From an uncultured Bacilli bacterium (GTDB lineage: Bacteria > Bacillota_I > Bacilli_A > RF39 > UBA660): DNA of 32,000 bases. The notes under the pieces are model-generated. The model was given only the letters and a program-made list of their open reading frames with translations, had not been told where the DNA came from and did not search any database. The translations under genes were made by a program, and so were the position numbers. Shown in pieces: positions 1-9,045 of the stretch (position 1 is its first letter; the number at the start of each line of letters is the position of its first letter). The DNA is taken from positions 3,762 through 35,761 of the forward strand of contig CANQYB010000011.1 in the NCBI GenBank assembly GCA_947627975.1, read 5' to 3'.

Positions 1-124
1 GTTCCATCAATAATTTTTTTGCTTCTTCTTTTTCTATTTCTAAAATATTGCAAATATCTTTTAATGTTAACCCCTCATCACCTACTACAAAAAGTAAGCC
101 TTCTAATATTGCACATTTATCCAT
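1..124 (-). CDS. scpB: Segregation and condensation protein B (ScpB), first 41 codons only; the gene runs off the left edge
   Basis: Not in the ORF track because it is truncated. The reverse complement from the ATG at 124..122 reads MDKCAILEGLLFVVGDEGLTLKDICNILEIEKEEAKKLLME. This matches the conserved ScpB N-terminus (E-x-LL-F/Y-x-x-GDEGLT). It starts 4 nt after the scpA stop, the canonical scpA-scpB order. Confidence 0.7.
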   Translation of the reverse strand, partial: MDKCAILEGLLFVVGDEGLTLKDICNILEIEKEEAKKLLME

Positions 125-128
125 AAAA

Positions 129-842
129 TCACATCGCTTCTATAAATATTTCTTCAAATTCATTTTTTTGATTTAGTTTTATTTCTTTATTTTTGCTCAT
201 TTCTAAAATTGATAAAAATGTTACTATTAAATAATCCTTATTTATTATATCAAAAAGTTCATAAAAAGTTACTTTTTTCTTTTTTTTAATTATGTTTCTA
301 ACTTCATTAATTCTTTTTTCTATACTAAGTTCTTTTCTAGTTATTCTAGTATTTAAAGGTTTTATATACTTTAATCTATTTTGAAAATTAATAAATGCTT
401 CAATTAAATCATTTATATCTTGATGATTTATATCATTACTAGAATCATCTTTATAATTATTTAAATTTTCTGGATATTTTGTATATATTTCATTTCTTTT
501 TTCTTCTAATTTTTGAAAATTTAAAGACATATCTTTATATTTTTTATACTCAATTAATTTTTGTTTTAAATCATCTTCAGAGGAAATAGTAAAATCATCT
601 TCTTCTATTTCTTCTTTATTAATTAATTTTTTACTTTTTAAATGAATTAATTCTGCTGACATAACTAAGTATTCTGATGCAATATCAATATTTTTGTTTT
701 CTAATTTTTTTATAAATTCAATATATTCATCAATGATTTCGCTAATATTTACATCGTATATGTCCATTTTCTTTTCTTTAATTAAATGTAAAAGTAAATC
801 AAGTGGTCCTTCAAAATCATTAATATGGAAATTATAATTCAT
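129..842 (-). CDS. scpA: Segregation and condensation protein A (ScpA, kleisin)
   Basis: The N-terminus FEGPLDLLLHLIKEKKMDIYDVNISEI is the hallmark ScpA motif. Length is 237 aa and it is followed by scpB. Confidence 0.9.
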   Translation of the reverse strand: MNYNFHINDFEGPLDLLLHLIKEKKMDIYDVNISEIIDEYIEFIKKLENKNIDIASEYLVMSAELIHLKSKKLINKEEIEEDDFTISSEDDLKQKLIEYKKYKDMSLNFQKLEEKRNEIYTKYPENLNNYKDDSSNDINHQDINDLIEAFINFQNRLKYIKPLNTRITRKELSIEKRINEVRNIIKKKKKVTFYELFDIINKDYLIVTFLSILEMSKNKEIKLNQKNEFEEIFIEAM

Positions 843-852
843 AAAAATCCCC

Positions 853-1836
853 CTAATTACAAGTATATAAAGATGATTCTAATTCAAATTTTACTATACT
901 TGCAGATGTATTTTTTTTATAAAATCTATTATCATTTAATTCTTTATATTTAACTTTCGATAAATCAAATATAGCTTTATAAGTAAAACTATTATCATTA
1001 TTTGAAAATTCTATTTCAATATTTTCATTTTTATTATAATTTTGATATTTTTTTTGATAAATTTCCAATTCTTTAGAAAAATTTGTCGAAGTATTATCTA
1101 AATTATAATTTTCAATAATTTCAACTAATTTATCATCAACAAAAGTATATGTTAATTCATTATTTCCTTTTTGACAAATTAAATTAGCTCTTATACCTTC
1201 ATTGTAATTTAAATTAACTTTAGGATAATCAGTTGTATTTTTTGAGGAAATAATAACCAATTTAGCATTGTCAAATGCTTTTTGAGATATATTAACTTTT
1301 TCATTTATCGTTTGATTAGAACTTATATTAATTTTTCCAAGCATTATTCTTTCTATAAATGATTTACTATCTGAATATAATTCTATAAAATAATTACTTT
1401 TACTTGAAAAATTATTTTTCTCATTATTTGTTATATTAAAATTTAAATAATAACTATCTTCACTATATGAAGTATTTATATTATCTATTATTAAATTATC
1501 AACTGTAAAACTTTCTGTAGGATTTATCTCATAGTAAAATATATCCCCATCATTAGAAATTAAATAACTATCTTCTTTACTTGAAGAAGATGATGGTAAA
1601 TTAATTTTTATATTACTGTTTTCCTCTTTATTTAAATATTCAGTTATTTTGGGTAAGAAAAAAGCTACTAAAAATAAAATTATAAAAAAAAGTATAATCC
1701 CAATTGGTGAAGTATTTTCTTTTCTTAAATTACCAATTGTAACGGGATTAGGTATGATATTTTTATTTTGACTTTCATTAATTGCATCTAGTGGTGTTAA
1801 TTTTGGTAATTCCTTTTTACTTTTTTTGTTTTTCAT
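853..1836 (-). CDS. Hypothetical membrane-anchored protein (basic N-terminus, one TM helix, Asn/Ser-rich extracytoplasmic domain)
   Basis: Long ORF. I prefer the ATG at 1836, which has a GAGGGA RBS 5 nt upstream. The track start at 1938 would overlap spoVAE. TM segment: PIGIILFFIILFLVAFFLP. I recognise no family. Confidence 0.6.
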   Translation of the reverse strand: MKNKKSKKELPKLTPLDAINESQNKNIIPNPVTIGNLRKENTSPIGIILFFIILFLVAFFLPKITEYLNKEENSNIKINLPSSSSSKEDSYLISNDGDIFYYEINPTESFTVDNLIIDNINTSYSEDSYYLNFNITNNEKNNFSSKSNYFIELYSDSKSFIERIMLGKINISSNQTINEKVNISQKAFDNAKLVIISSKNTTDYPKVNLNYNEGIRANLICQKGNNELTYTFVDDKLVEIIENYNLDNTSTNFSKELEIYQKKYQNYNKNENIEIEFSNNDNSFTYKAIFDLSKVKYKELNDNRFYKKNTSASIVKFELESSLYTCN

Positions 1837-1907
1837 AATATCCCTCATATTCTTATCCCTTTTAATTATATCAAAATTAAAAAAAAAAGTATATATTATA
1901 CTTATAC

Positions 1908-2258
1908 TTAATTTTTGGGTTTGGAAAAAATAGCACAAATAAAAGAAAAAATAATTGCCGCAGTTATACCTGCTGATGTTGTTTGTAACATATTAGAAAA
2001 TATACCAATTATCCCCTCACTTTTATAACCATAATATGCAGCTTTATAAAGTAAATTTCCAAATGACATAATAGGAACACTAGCTCCGCTTCCAACATAA
2101 TAAGAAATTTTATCATATAAACCAAAAAAACCTAATAAAGCTCCTAAAATGACAAATATAGAAGTAATATGTCCATTTGTAAGATTTAAATTATCAAATA
2201 GTAATTGGGCAATTAAACAAACTAAACCAACAAATAAAAATGAATATATATATGTCAA
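1908..2258 (-). CDS. spoVAE: Stage V sporulation protein AE (SpoVAEb-type, 116 aa membrane protein)
   Basis: Size, hydrophobic profile and the GSGASVPIMSFGN / SEGIIGIF motifs fit. Position after spoVAD with a 4-nt overlap. Confidence 0.85.
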   Translation of the reverse strand: MTYIYSFLFVGLVCLIAQLLFDNLNLTNGHITSIFVILGALLGFFGLYDKISYYVGSGASVPIMSFGNLLYKAAYYGYKSEGIIGIFSNMLQTTSAGITAAIIFSFICAIFSKPKN

Positions 2259-3229
2259 TTTTCCACCTCCAAACTTACTGCATGAGCAATAGATGGAATA
2301 GTATTTTTTTGATTTACCATAACTGGTGTATGTAAAGATCCAGTACCAACAATTAATATTTTTTTATATTTTTTTTGGTTTAAAATTTTACTAAATAAAA
2401 CTAATGGCAATACAGTTGGCCCACTTGCTCCACTTTTTGCTTTTTCATTATTCATATTATATAAAAGAACACCAGCATCATTGTATTTTTTTAAATGAAT
2501 TTTATATTTAATTTCCAATATTTCTTTTAAAATATTTTTTCCACAAGCTCCAAGATCACCCGTCAATATTAAATCATAATAGTCTACACTACGATTTAAA
2601 TCTTTAAGATGTTTTGCAATTGTATTAGCTGCAGCAGGAGCCATTACCCCACCCATATCAAAAACATCTTTAATAGTGGAATTTATAACATTTCCAACTG
2701 TTGCTGATTCAATTTTTATTTTTCCATTCCTAGCTAATAATGCTCCAACAGCTCCTGTTGCAGTAATAGTTGTTCTAATAGGTTTATAAGAGCCATATTC
2801 TATGGGAAATCTAAATTGTTTTTCACTATTTAAATTATGAGATGAAGTTAAAGATATACCATTTTTAATAAAATTATTTTCCAGTAAACTAGCAAGAATT
2901 ATAATATTTTCAACAAAAGTAGCACAAGCTGAATAAGTACCCAAAAAAGGAATATTAAAATACTGCATATTATAATTTGTAAAAGAAATTTGATTTGATA
3001 AATCTCCTCCTACTACTAAATCAATATTGGAATATTTAATTAAATTATTTTTAATTAAATTGTTTAATACTGTATTTTGCATTTTAACTTCTGCTTTTTC
3101 TAATGTTTTACAACCAAAATAGTAATCGTTAAAAACATAATTAAACTTAAAATGATTAGTAAAATCATTTTTATAACACAAAGTATAATAATCATTTAAA
3201 AAAACATTTTTAAATTTAAAACTAGCCAT
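2255..3229 (-). CDS. spoVAD: Stage V sporulation protein AD (thiolase-fold DPA-binding subunit)
   Basis: 324 aa with typical SpoVAD segments (GGDLSNQI, GTYSACATF, ATGAVGALL, MAPAAANTI). Lies between spoVAC and spoVAE. Confidence 0.9.
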   Translation of the reverse strand: MASFKFKNVFLNDYYTLCYKNDFTNHFKFNYVFNDYYFGCKTLEKAEVKMQNTVLNNLIKNNLIKYSNIDLVVGGDLSNQISFTNYNMQYFNIPFLGTYSACATFVENIIILASLLENNFIKNGISLTSSHNLNSEKQFRFPIEYGSYKPIRTTITATGAVGALLARNGKIKIESATVGNVINSTIKDVFDMGGVMAPAAANTIAKHLKDLNRSVDYYDLILTGDLGACGKNILKEILEIKYKIHLKKYNDAGVLLYNMNNEKAKSGASGPTVLPLVLFSKILNQKKYKKILIVGTGSLHTPVMVNQKNTIPSIAHAVSLEVEN

Positions 3230-3656
3230 ATAAAATCACCTTAATTAAACATAATATAAAAGCTGCAACAACACCATATAATATTACACTTCCAGCTAAT
3301 TTAAATGCATTGGAACCAATACCAGTTACTAGCCCATCTTTTTTATAATCAAGAATTGAACTACAAATTGAATGGGCAAACCCAGTTATAGGTATAATTA
3401 AGCCACAAAAACACTTGGAAACTAAATCATCAAAAAATCCTAAAGAAGTAAAAAGTGTAGCCAAAAATATATATAAAATAAGTACAACTACTGTAGCATC
3501 TTTTATTGACATTCCCATTTTATTTAAAAAAGTAGTAATAATATTTGAAAAAAGTCCTAAAGCTCCACCTACTAAAAATGCAGAAATAGCATGTTTTAAT
3601 TTTTTTTCTTTAGGAGCATACTTTTTTACAATTTTTTTATAATTAATATCATTCAT
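3222..3656 (-). CDS. spoVAC: Stage V sporulation protein AC
   Basis: AFLVGGALG ... PITGFAHS ... KDGLVTGIGSNAFKLAGSVILYGVVAAF closely parallels Bacillus SpoVAC. First gene of the spoVAC-AD-AE trio. Confidence 0.9.
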   Translation of the reverse strand: MNDINYKKIVKKYAPKEKKLKHAISAFLVGGALGLFSNIITTFLNKMGMSIKDATVVVLILYIFLATLFTSLGFFDDLVSKCFCGLIIPITGFAHSICSSILDYKKDGLVTGIGSNAFKLAGSVILYGVVAAFILCLIKVILYG

Positions 3657-3675
3657 AAAAAAAATCCTCCAAAAT

Positions 3676-3704
3676 TATTATGAAGAATTTTTTTCATTTA
3701 ATAC
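3676..3704 (-). promoter_or_regulatory. Candidate forespore (sigma-G/F type) promoter for spoVAC-AD-AE
   Basis: The minus strand reads GTATT-N17-CATAATA. The -10 fits the sigma-G consensus CATxHTA 7/7 and the -35 fits GHATR 4/5. It lies in the sigF-spoVAC intergenic region. Confidence 0.35.
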
Positions 3705-4340
3705 TTATGAATGAATATATTTTTTTAATTTTTGTAATGATTTTTTTTCATATCTTGAGACCATTACTTGAGTAATGTTTAAACTTTTGGCTGTCTCACT
3801 TTGAGTTTTATCTTCAAAATATCTACATTTAATTATATCTTTTTCTATATCTTCAAGCATTTGTAAAGAATCATCAATTAATATTTTATTTTCAATATTA
3901 TCATCTTTATTATATATTTTATCTAAAATTTTAAATTCATCATTTCCTTCAATACTTAAAACTTTCTCAGTTGCCAACATAGCATCATTAATTATTTCTT
4001 CCTCAATATTTAAAAAATGAGATAATTCATTATTTGTAGGTATTTTTCCTAATTTTTGAGATAATAATTCTTTTGCTTTTATTATTTTTTTATAAAGTTT
4101 TAAGTTATTGGAAGAAATCTTAATCGACCGACTATTATTTACAAATTCATACATTTCTCCGTATATCCATGTATATGCATAACTTGAAAATTTTGCATTG
4201 TTTTCTTTTTTATATTTTTTATATGCTTTTAATAAACCAATACACCCTGCTTGATATAAATCATCAAAAGAGGCATTATAAAAACTTGCAGCAATTTTTT
4301 TTATTAGTTTATCATACATTTTAATTAAATTTTCGTTCAT
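3705..4340 (-). CDS. sigF: Group-3 sigma-70 family factor, sporulation sigma-F-like (short, 211 aa)
   Basis: Region 2 (DDLYQAGCIGLLKAYKKY, FSSYAYTWIYGEM) and region 4 (RYFEDKTQSETAKSLNITQVMVSRYEKKSLQKL) resemble SigF. Synteny is STAS gene upstream and spoVA downstream. About 35-40 aa shorter at the N-terminus than Bacillus SigF. Confidence 0.75.
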   Translation of the reverse strand: MNENLIKMYDKLIKKIAASFYNASFDDLYQAGCIGLLKAYKKYKKENNAKFSSYAYTWIYGEMYEFVNNSRSIKISSNNLKLYKKIIKAKELLSQKLGKIPTNNELSHFLNIEEEIINDAMLATEKVLSIEGNDEFKILDKIYNKDDNIENKILIDDSLQMLEDIEKDIIKCRYFEDKTQSETAKSLNITQVMVSRYEKKSLQKLKKYIHS

Positions 4341-4352
4341 TGTTAACCTTTC

Positions 4353-4682
4353 TTAAACTGCTAACAACTTTTTGGCAATTTCTTCATCTTTAGCAAATAT
4401 AACTTTAGAATTAATAAACTGATTGTAAATTTTATTTCTTACTGAACAAATACAAGCTAAGCCATTATTATTAAAAATTTCCGTGATATCACTTTGTAAA
4501 AGTATTATTCCAAGTTTACTAAAATATTTTAAATTATTAAAATTAATAATCATAAACTTAATTTTATAATTTTTTATTAAAAAATTTAAGTTATTATGTA
4601 ATTTATTTATTTTAAATTTATTTATATAGCCTGATAAATTTAATATTAATATTCCTTTTTCATATCTTATATTATATTTTAT
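4353..4682 (-). CDS. spoIIAA: STAS-domain anti-sigma-factor antagonist (SpoIIAA-like); start codon problematic (ATA or frameshift)
   Basis: The track ORF (4353..4553) is only the C-terminal 66 aa, but the frame is open up to 4697. The extension ETIKYNIRYEKGILILNLSGYINKF... supplies the STAS N-terminus. NFNNLKYFSKLGIILL aligns with the SpoIIAA phospho-Ser loop. An AAGGAG RBS lies at 4691..4696. Confidence 0.55.
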   Translation of the reverse strand: MKYNIRYEKGILILNLSGYINKFKINKLHNNLNFLIKNYKIKFMIINFNNLKYFSKLGIILLQSDITEIFNNNGLACICSVRNKIYNQFINSKVIFAKDEEIAKKLLAV

Positions 4683-4770
4683 AGTTTCATCTCCTTGTTA
4701 AAACAATATAATACTTTTTAATTCTTTTTTAAAGCATTTCGACAAAACCTCTAATAACTTCTATTTTTTT

Positions 4771-4800
4771 TCAAAAAAAAATAGGATTTTATTCCTATTT
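4771..4800 (-). terminator. Rho-independent terminator after the rhomboid gene
   Basis: The minus strand reads AAATAGGA-ATAAAA-TCCTATTT followed by a T-run. It overlaps the TAG stop at 4795..4797. Confidence 0.6.
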
Positions 4801-5934
4801 AAAGAAAACCATATATGATAAAAATAAAATTAATAAAATTAATACTATCCAACCATTTATTTTATCCATTTTTTTAGATTTATTACTAACCCCTACAGCA
4901 AAGGTTGCAATTGCTCCTCCAATTAATCCTCCTATATGAGCAGCATTATCTATTCCTGATATTAAAAAGCCTAAAATTAAATTTACAATTATAATTGGAA
5001 TTATTTGGGTTTTTAAAACACTTGATAAATAAACCCGATAGTAGTAACCAAAATATAATAATGAACCTAGTAATCCAAATATAGCTCCACTTGCTCCCGC
5101 CGATATATTATTGGAAAAAATTAAAGACATAAGACTAGCTGTTAAAGCACTTATTAAATATATAAAAATAAATTTAGCCTTTCCTAAAAAGCTTTCAATT
5201 TGTGGACCAATAATATATAAAGCATACATATTTAAAAGAATATGAAATATACCAACATGTAAAAATGAACAAGTTATTAAACGAAATATTTCCCCATTTT
5301 TTACTAAAGGACCATAGTTAGCTCCAAATTTTAATAAAGTTAAAGTATCATTACTTCCATTTCCAAAAATATACATAGCTATAAATAATATAACATTTAT
5401 TGTAATTAAAATTGGTGTTACTACTATTTTTTTCTTTTTAAAAGTATTTTCATATTTTAAATTTTCTTTTTCAGTTTTTTTGTTTATTTCATTAGTTGTT
5501 TTTATTATAAAATCTAAATTATCAACATTTTTATACTTTTCAGTTGTTATCTTAGGAAAACTACTTTTAAGATCTTTATATATATCATTTTCATTATTTA
5601 TAACAATTGATAATATATTTTTATCACTTTTAACATGAACATCTTCGTTTATGTTTAAAAAAATATTTAATGTATTAACTGATAAAGATAAAGTTTTTTT
5701 CTTAACTTGTTTTATGATATTTTTTATCTTAAATATATCAAATTTAAATTGCTCTTCGTTATGAATGTAATTAGAGTTTATTCTAATAATTTTGTATGGA
5801 CCCTCTGTATTTTCCAACCATATTTCATTTTTAGCACCATTTACAACTATTGGAGTATAATTTTCTTTAGTAATAAAATAATGAACTAATTTCATTGTAA
5901 TTTTATCTTTTTCATTTATTAATACATTATTCAT
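4795..5934 (-). CDS. Rhomboid-family intramembrane serine protease (GluP/YqgP-like, with cytoplasmic N-domain)
   Basis: C-terminal multi-TM core with the catalytic GASGAIFGLLG (Ser) and AAHIGGLIGG (His) motifs, plus FLHVGIFHILLNM. Confidence 0.85.
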   Translation of the reverse strand: MNNVLINEKDKITMKLVHYFITKENYTPIVVNGAKNEIWLENTEGPYKIIRINSNYIHNEEQFKFDIFKIKNIIKQVKKKTLSLSVNTLNIFLNINEDVHVKSDKNILSIVINNENDIYKDLKSSFPKITTEKYKNVDNLDFIIKTTNEINKKTEKENLKYENTFKKKKIVVTPILITINVILFIAMYIFGNGSNDTLTLLKFGANYGPLVKNGEIFRLITCSFLHVGIFHILLNMYALYIIGPQIESFLGKAKFIFIYLISALTASLMSLIFSNNISAGASGAIFGLLGSLLYFGYYYRVYLSSVLKTQIIPIIIVNLILGFLISGIDNAAHIGGLIGGAIATFAVGVSNKSKKMDKINGWIVLILLILFLSYMVFFK

Positions 5935-5997
5935 ATTTTTTCACCTCGTTTAATAGTATTTTAACATAAAATATTTTTTTATTAAAGAGGAGAATAA

Positions 5998-6390
5998 ATG
6001 AAAAAATTAACTATAATTTTATTATTTTTATTATTTTCAATTAATTTAATAACAATTAAAAATTCATATCTTTTTATTTTTACACTTATTATTAATATTT
6101 TAAATATTTTATTTTTTATTAACATTGTTAAAAATAATAAAATAGATAATAATAAAATTTTTTTAATCTTAACAAATTTTATTTTAAATCAATTTCTTTA
6201 TGTAATTTACAATTATTTTAAAGACTATATAATTTCTTTTATAATTGCCATATTATTATTTATAAATACTTATATAATAATTATTAAATTTAAAAAAAAG
6301 AATAAAAAATATTTATTACTATTCCCCTATTTAATACTTAATTTAATATTAATTTTCATGTCCTTAAGTAATATATTAAGAAGTTTTTAA
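5998..6390 (+). CDS. Hypothetical small polytopic membrane protein
   Basis: Strong GAGGAG RBS 5 nt before the ATG and about 4 hydrophobic segments. It fills an otherwise empty 450-nt gap. Composition is extreme (Ile/Leu/Asn/Phe) and I recognise no family. Confidence 0.5.
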   Translation: MKKLTIILLFLLFSINLITIKNSYLFIFTLIINILNILFFINIVKNNKIDNNKIFLILTNFILNQFLYVIYNYFKDYIISFIIAILLFINTYIIIIKFKKKNKKYLLLFPYLILNLILIFMSLSNILRSF

Positions 6391-7244
6391 TTTATTTTAC
6401 TTAAAAATTCAGTGAATTCTTTGGGCATTTCTGTTTCAAAAGTCATTTCTTTTTTAGTAATAGGATGAATAAAATTTATTTTCTTAGAATGAAGATATTG
6501 TCCATAATTAGTAGCTTTTTTATTAGCATATACCGGATCATTATATATTGGATAACCTATATAGGCAAGATGAACTCTAATTTGATGAGTACGTCCAGTC
6601 TCAAGGATTAATGATATTAAAGTATAATCTTTATATCTTTTTAATACTTTTAAATGAGTTTTAGCTATTTTAGAATTATCTTTTTTTACAATCATTTCTT
6701 TTCTATTATTTTTATTTCTTCCAATTGGAGCATCAATAAAGGCCTTATTATGAGGAAAAACACCATTAATAATTGCTATATACTCTCTTTTAACTTTTTT
6801 ATTTTTAAAATCTTCACTTAAAATTTTATGAGCTTTATTTGATTTAGCTACCAGCATTAAGCCTGATGTATCTTTATCAAGTCGGTGAACAATACCTAAA
6901 CGTTTTTCTCCTGCTATTTTTGATAAATTTTTAGTGTGATACATTAAGGCATTAACTAAAGTATGTTGTTCATGTCCATTACCAGGATGAACTACCATAC
7001 CACTTTTTTTATTTAATACAATAATATCATCATCTTCATAGACAATATCCAAAGGAATATTTTCTGCTTCAAATGACATTTCTTTTTTTAAATCACCTAA
7101 AATTTCAATTTTATCATTTTCATTTATTTTATAACTATTTTTAACTTTATGACCATTTACTAAAATTAAACCATTTTCAATCATTTTAGATGCTTCAGTT
7201 CTTGAATAGTCATAATTAGTTTTTATATACAAATCAATTCTCAT
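6387..7244 (-). CDS. rluD: 23S rRNA pseudouridine synthase, RluA family (RluD-like) with N-terminal S4 domain
   Basis: HRLDKDTSGLMLVAKS catalytic Asp motif and GRTHQIRVHLAYIGYPI. Sits downstream of lspA as in Bacillus (lspA-ylyB). Confidence 0.85.
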   Translation of the reverse strand: MRIDLYIKTNYDYSRTEASKMIENGLILVNGHKVKNSYKINENDKIEILGDLKKEMSFEAENIPLDIVYEDDDIIVLNKKSGMVVHPGNGHEQHTLVNALMYHTKNLSKIAGEKRLGIVHRLDKDTSGLMLVAKSNKAHKILSEDFKNKKVKREYIAIINGVFPHNKAFIDAPIGRNKNNRKEMIVKKDNSKIAKTHLKVLKRYKDYTLISLILETGRTHQIRVHLAYIGYPIYNDPVYANKKATNYGQYLHSKKINFIHPITKKEMTFETEMPKEFTEFLSKIN

Positions 7245-7716
7245 TTTTATTGCTCATTTCTATCTTTTTATCATCGCCCCTAATAATAGCTATAATAAGT
7301 AAAATTACTCCTAAAAATATTGAAGCATCAGCTACATTAAAAATAGGCATATTATAATTTCCAATTTTAAATGAAATAAAATCTCTTACATAAGTTAAAA
7401 ATAATCGATCAATAACATTTCCTAAAATTCCTCCAGTAATTAATCCAAAAGCAAAATTATTTCGTCTATTATTTTTAAAATTAAACATATTAGAATAAAT
7501 TAAAATTAAAACAAAAAAAGATATAATAAGTAAAAAAGGTGTAAAATTTTTCAAAATACCAAAAGCTGCACCATAATTATTTATATAATGTATTGAAAAA
7601 AAATTTTTAATTATACTTATACTTTCATTAATATTTAAAATATTTTCTATAACTAATTTAGTAGCTTGATCTATTATAATAACAATAATTGAAATTAAAA
7701 ATATTTTTTTATTCAT
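7234..7716 (-). CDS. lspA: Lipoprotein signal peptidase (signal peptidase II)
   Basis: NYGAAFGIL, GGILGNVIDRL, VRDFISF and FNVADASIFLG are the conserved LspA boxes. Confidence 0.9.
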   Translation of the reverse strand: MNKKIFLISIIVIIIDQATKLVIENILNINESISIIKNFFSIHYINNYGAAFGILKNFTPFLLIISFFVLILIYSNMFNFKNNRRNNFAFGLITGGILGNVIDRLFLTYVRDFISFKIGNYNMPIFNVADASIFLGVILLIIAIIRGDDKKIEMSNKNEN

Positions 7717-7761
7717 AATAATTCATTCCCTTGTATATTATAACAAAATTAATTAATTTTG

Positions 7762-7989
7762 TTAAGAAATATCAACTAATATAACATCTTCGCCAATTTT
7801 TACTATTTGGTTAAAATAAATAGTTATTTCTTTAGAAGAAATAAAATTTTTAAATATTTTTTTAGGTTCACAAATTAAATATTTTAATTTTCCCTCATTT
7901 ATATCAACTTCAGCATCAATTATTCTTCCCAATATTTTTCCATCTTGAGTAGAAATTATATCCTTTTCTTGTAAATCAGATAATCTCAT
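7762..7989 (-). CDS. ylmC: YlmC/YmxH-family sporulation protein (PRC-barrel)
   Basis: 75 aa. MRLSDLQEKDIIS..DGKILGRIIDAEVD...GKL is the family signature. It lies immediately downstream of sigG as in Bacillus. Confidence 0.75.
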   Translation of the reverse strand: MRLSDLQEKDIISTQDGKILGRIIDAEVDINEGKLKYLICEPKKIFKNFISSKEITIYFNQIVKIGEDVILVDIS

Positions 7990-8015
7990 AAATATTTCAC
8001 CTATAATAATTATAT

Positions 8016-8792
8016 TTATTTAATTAATCTTTTAACATTTTTAATAGCATTTTTTTCAATACGTGAAACTTGTGCTTGTGAAATATTTAGTTCATCCGCT
8101 ATTTCAGTTTGTGTTTTACCAATTATAAATCTTTCTAATAATACTTGCTTTTCTCTCATTTTTATTTTTTCTAATGCTTTCCTTAAAGATAGTATCAAAT
8201 CTTTATCATATTCTTTATCTTTTTTATCCATTATTTGGTCTACTAAAAAAATTGGATCTCCACCATCATTATAAGTAGGTTCAAAAATACTTAAAGGTTC
8301 CTTTAATGAATCAAGAGCACTAGAAATTTCGTATTCTTCAATATTAAAAAATGAAGCAATTTCGCTATTACTTGGATAAATACCATTAGTTGCTAAATAA
8401 TTGTCCTTATATTCTAAGATTTTATACGCTAAATCTTTTATACTTCTACTAACTCTTAAAGGACTATTATCTCTTACATATCTTTTTATTTCTCCTTTTA
8501 TTAAAGGTACAGCATATGTTGAAAATCTTACTTCATGAGAAAGATCAAAATTTTTTACCGCTTTTGTAAGCCCAATACAGCCCATTTGAAATAAATCATC
8601 TAAATTATATTTTTGATTATTAAATCTTTTTAATATACTTAATACTAGTTTTAAATTTCCCATAACTAATTTTTCTTTGGCCTTTTCATTTCCATTTTGA
8701 TATTCTTTAAATAATTCCACCATTTCTTCATGTTTTAATACTTTTAAATTACTAGTATTAATACCAGTAATATCAACTTTATAATTACTCAA
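8016..8792 (-). CDS. sigG: Sporulation sigma factor sigma-G (TTG start)
   Basis: The N-terminus KVDITGINTSNLKVLKHEEMVELF matches the SigG-specific KVEICGVDTSKLPVLK block. Other matches are FSTYAVPLIKGEIKRYVRDNSPLRVSRS, FEPTYNDGGDPIFLVDQI and GKTQTEIADELNISQAQVSRIEK. An AAAGGAGA RBS lies 8 nt before the TTG at 8792. Confidence 0.85.
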   Translation of the reverse strand: MSNYKVDITGINTSNLKVLKHEEMVELFKEYQNGNEKAKEKLVMGNLKLVLSILKRFNNQKYNLDDLFQMGCIGLTKAVKNFDLSHEVRFSTYAVPLIKGEIKRYVRDNSPLRVSRSIKDLAYKILEYKDNYLATNGIYPSNSEIASFFNIEEYEISSALDSLKEPLSIFEPTYNDGGDPIFLVDQIMDKKDKEYDKDLILSLRKALEKIKMREKQVLLERFIIGKTQTEIADELNISQAQVSRIEKNAIKNVKRLIK

Positions 8793-8814
8793 TAAAAAAA
8801 TCTCCTTTCAAACT

Positions 8815-8845
8815 TATTAAGCTCAAAAGCGAGATTATTTATTCA
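8815..8845 (-). promoter_or_regulatory. Candidate sigma-F/sigma-G-dependent promoter of sigG
   Basis: The minus strand reads TGAATA-N18-CTTAATA. The -35 matches GHATR exactly and the -10 matches CATxHTA 6/7. sigG is known to be transcribed from a forespore promoter of this type. Confidence 0.4.
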
Positions 8846-8850
8846 CAAAA

Positions 8851-9045
8851 TTATTTTATTGATAACAAACCTTTTTCAACTTCTTCCAAAGCTCGTCCCA
8901 ATTCTTTTTTATTTTTATATTCATTTTCTGGTAATTGAAGATGATTAGTTTTCATTATTTGTTTACTTCTATTTGCAGAAATATGAACTAATTTATATTT
9001 TGAATCAACTTTAAGTAAAAGTTTATCAATTGATGGGTATATCAT
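8851..9045 (-). CDS. rpoZ: DNA-directed RNA polymerase subunit omega
   Basis: MIYPSIDKLLLKVDSKYKLVHISANRSKQI matches the RpoZ N-terminal consensus. I prefer the ATG at 9045 over the GTG at 9054, which abuts the RBS. Confidence 0.85.
   Translation of the reverse strand: MIYPSIDKLLLKVDSKYKLVHISANRSKQIMKTNHLQLPENEYKNKKELGRALEEVEKGLLSIK

Noticed and set aside
1837-1938. N-terminal extension of the 853..1938 ORF (MCYFFQTQ...)
   Set aside because: It would overlap spoVAE by 30 nt and has no RBS. The ATG at 1836 has a GAGGGA RBS and yields a sensible basic N-terminus.
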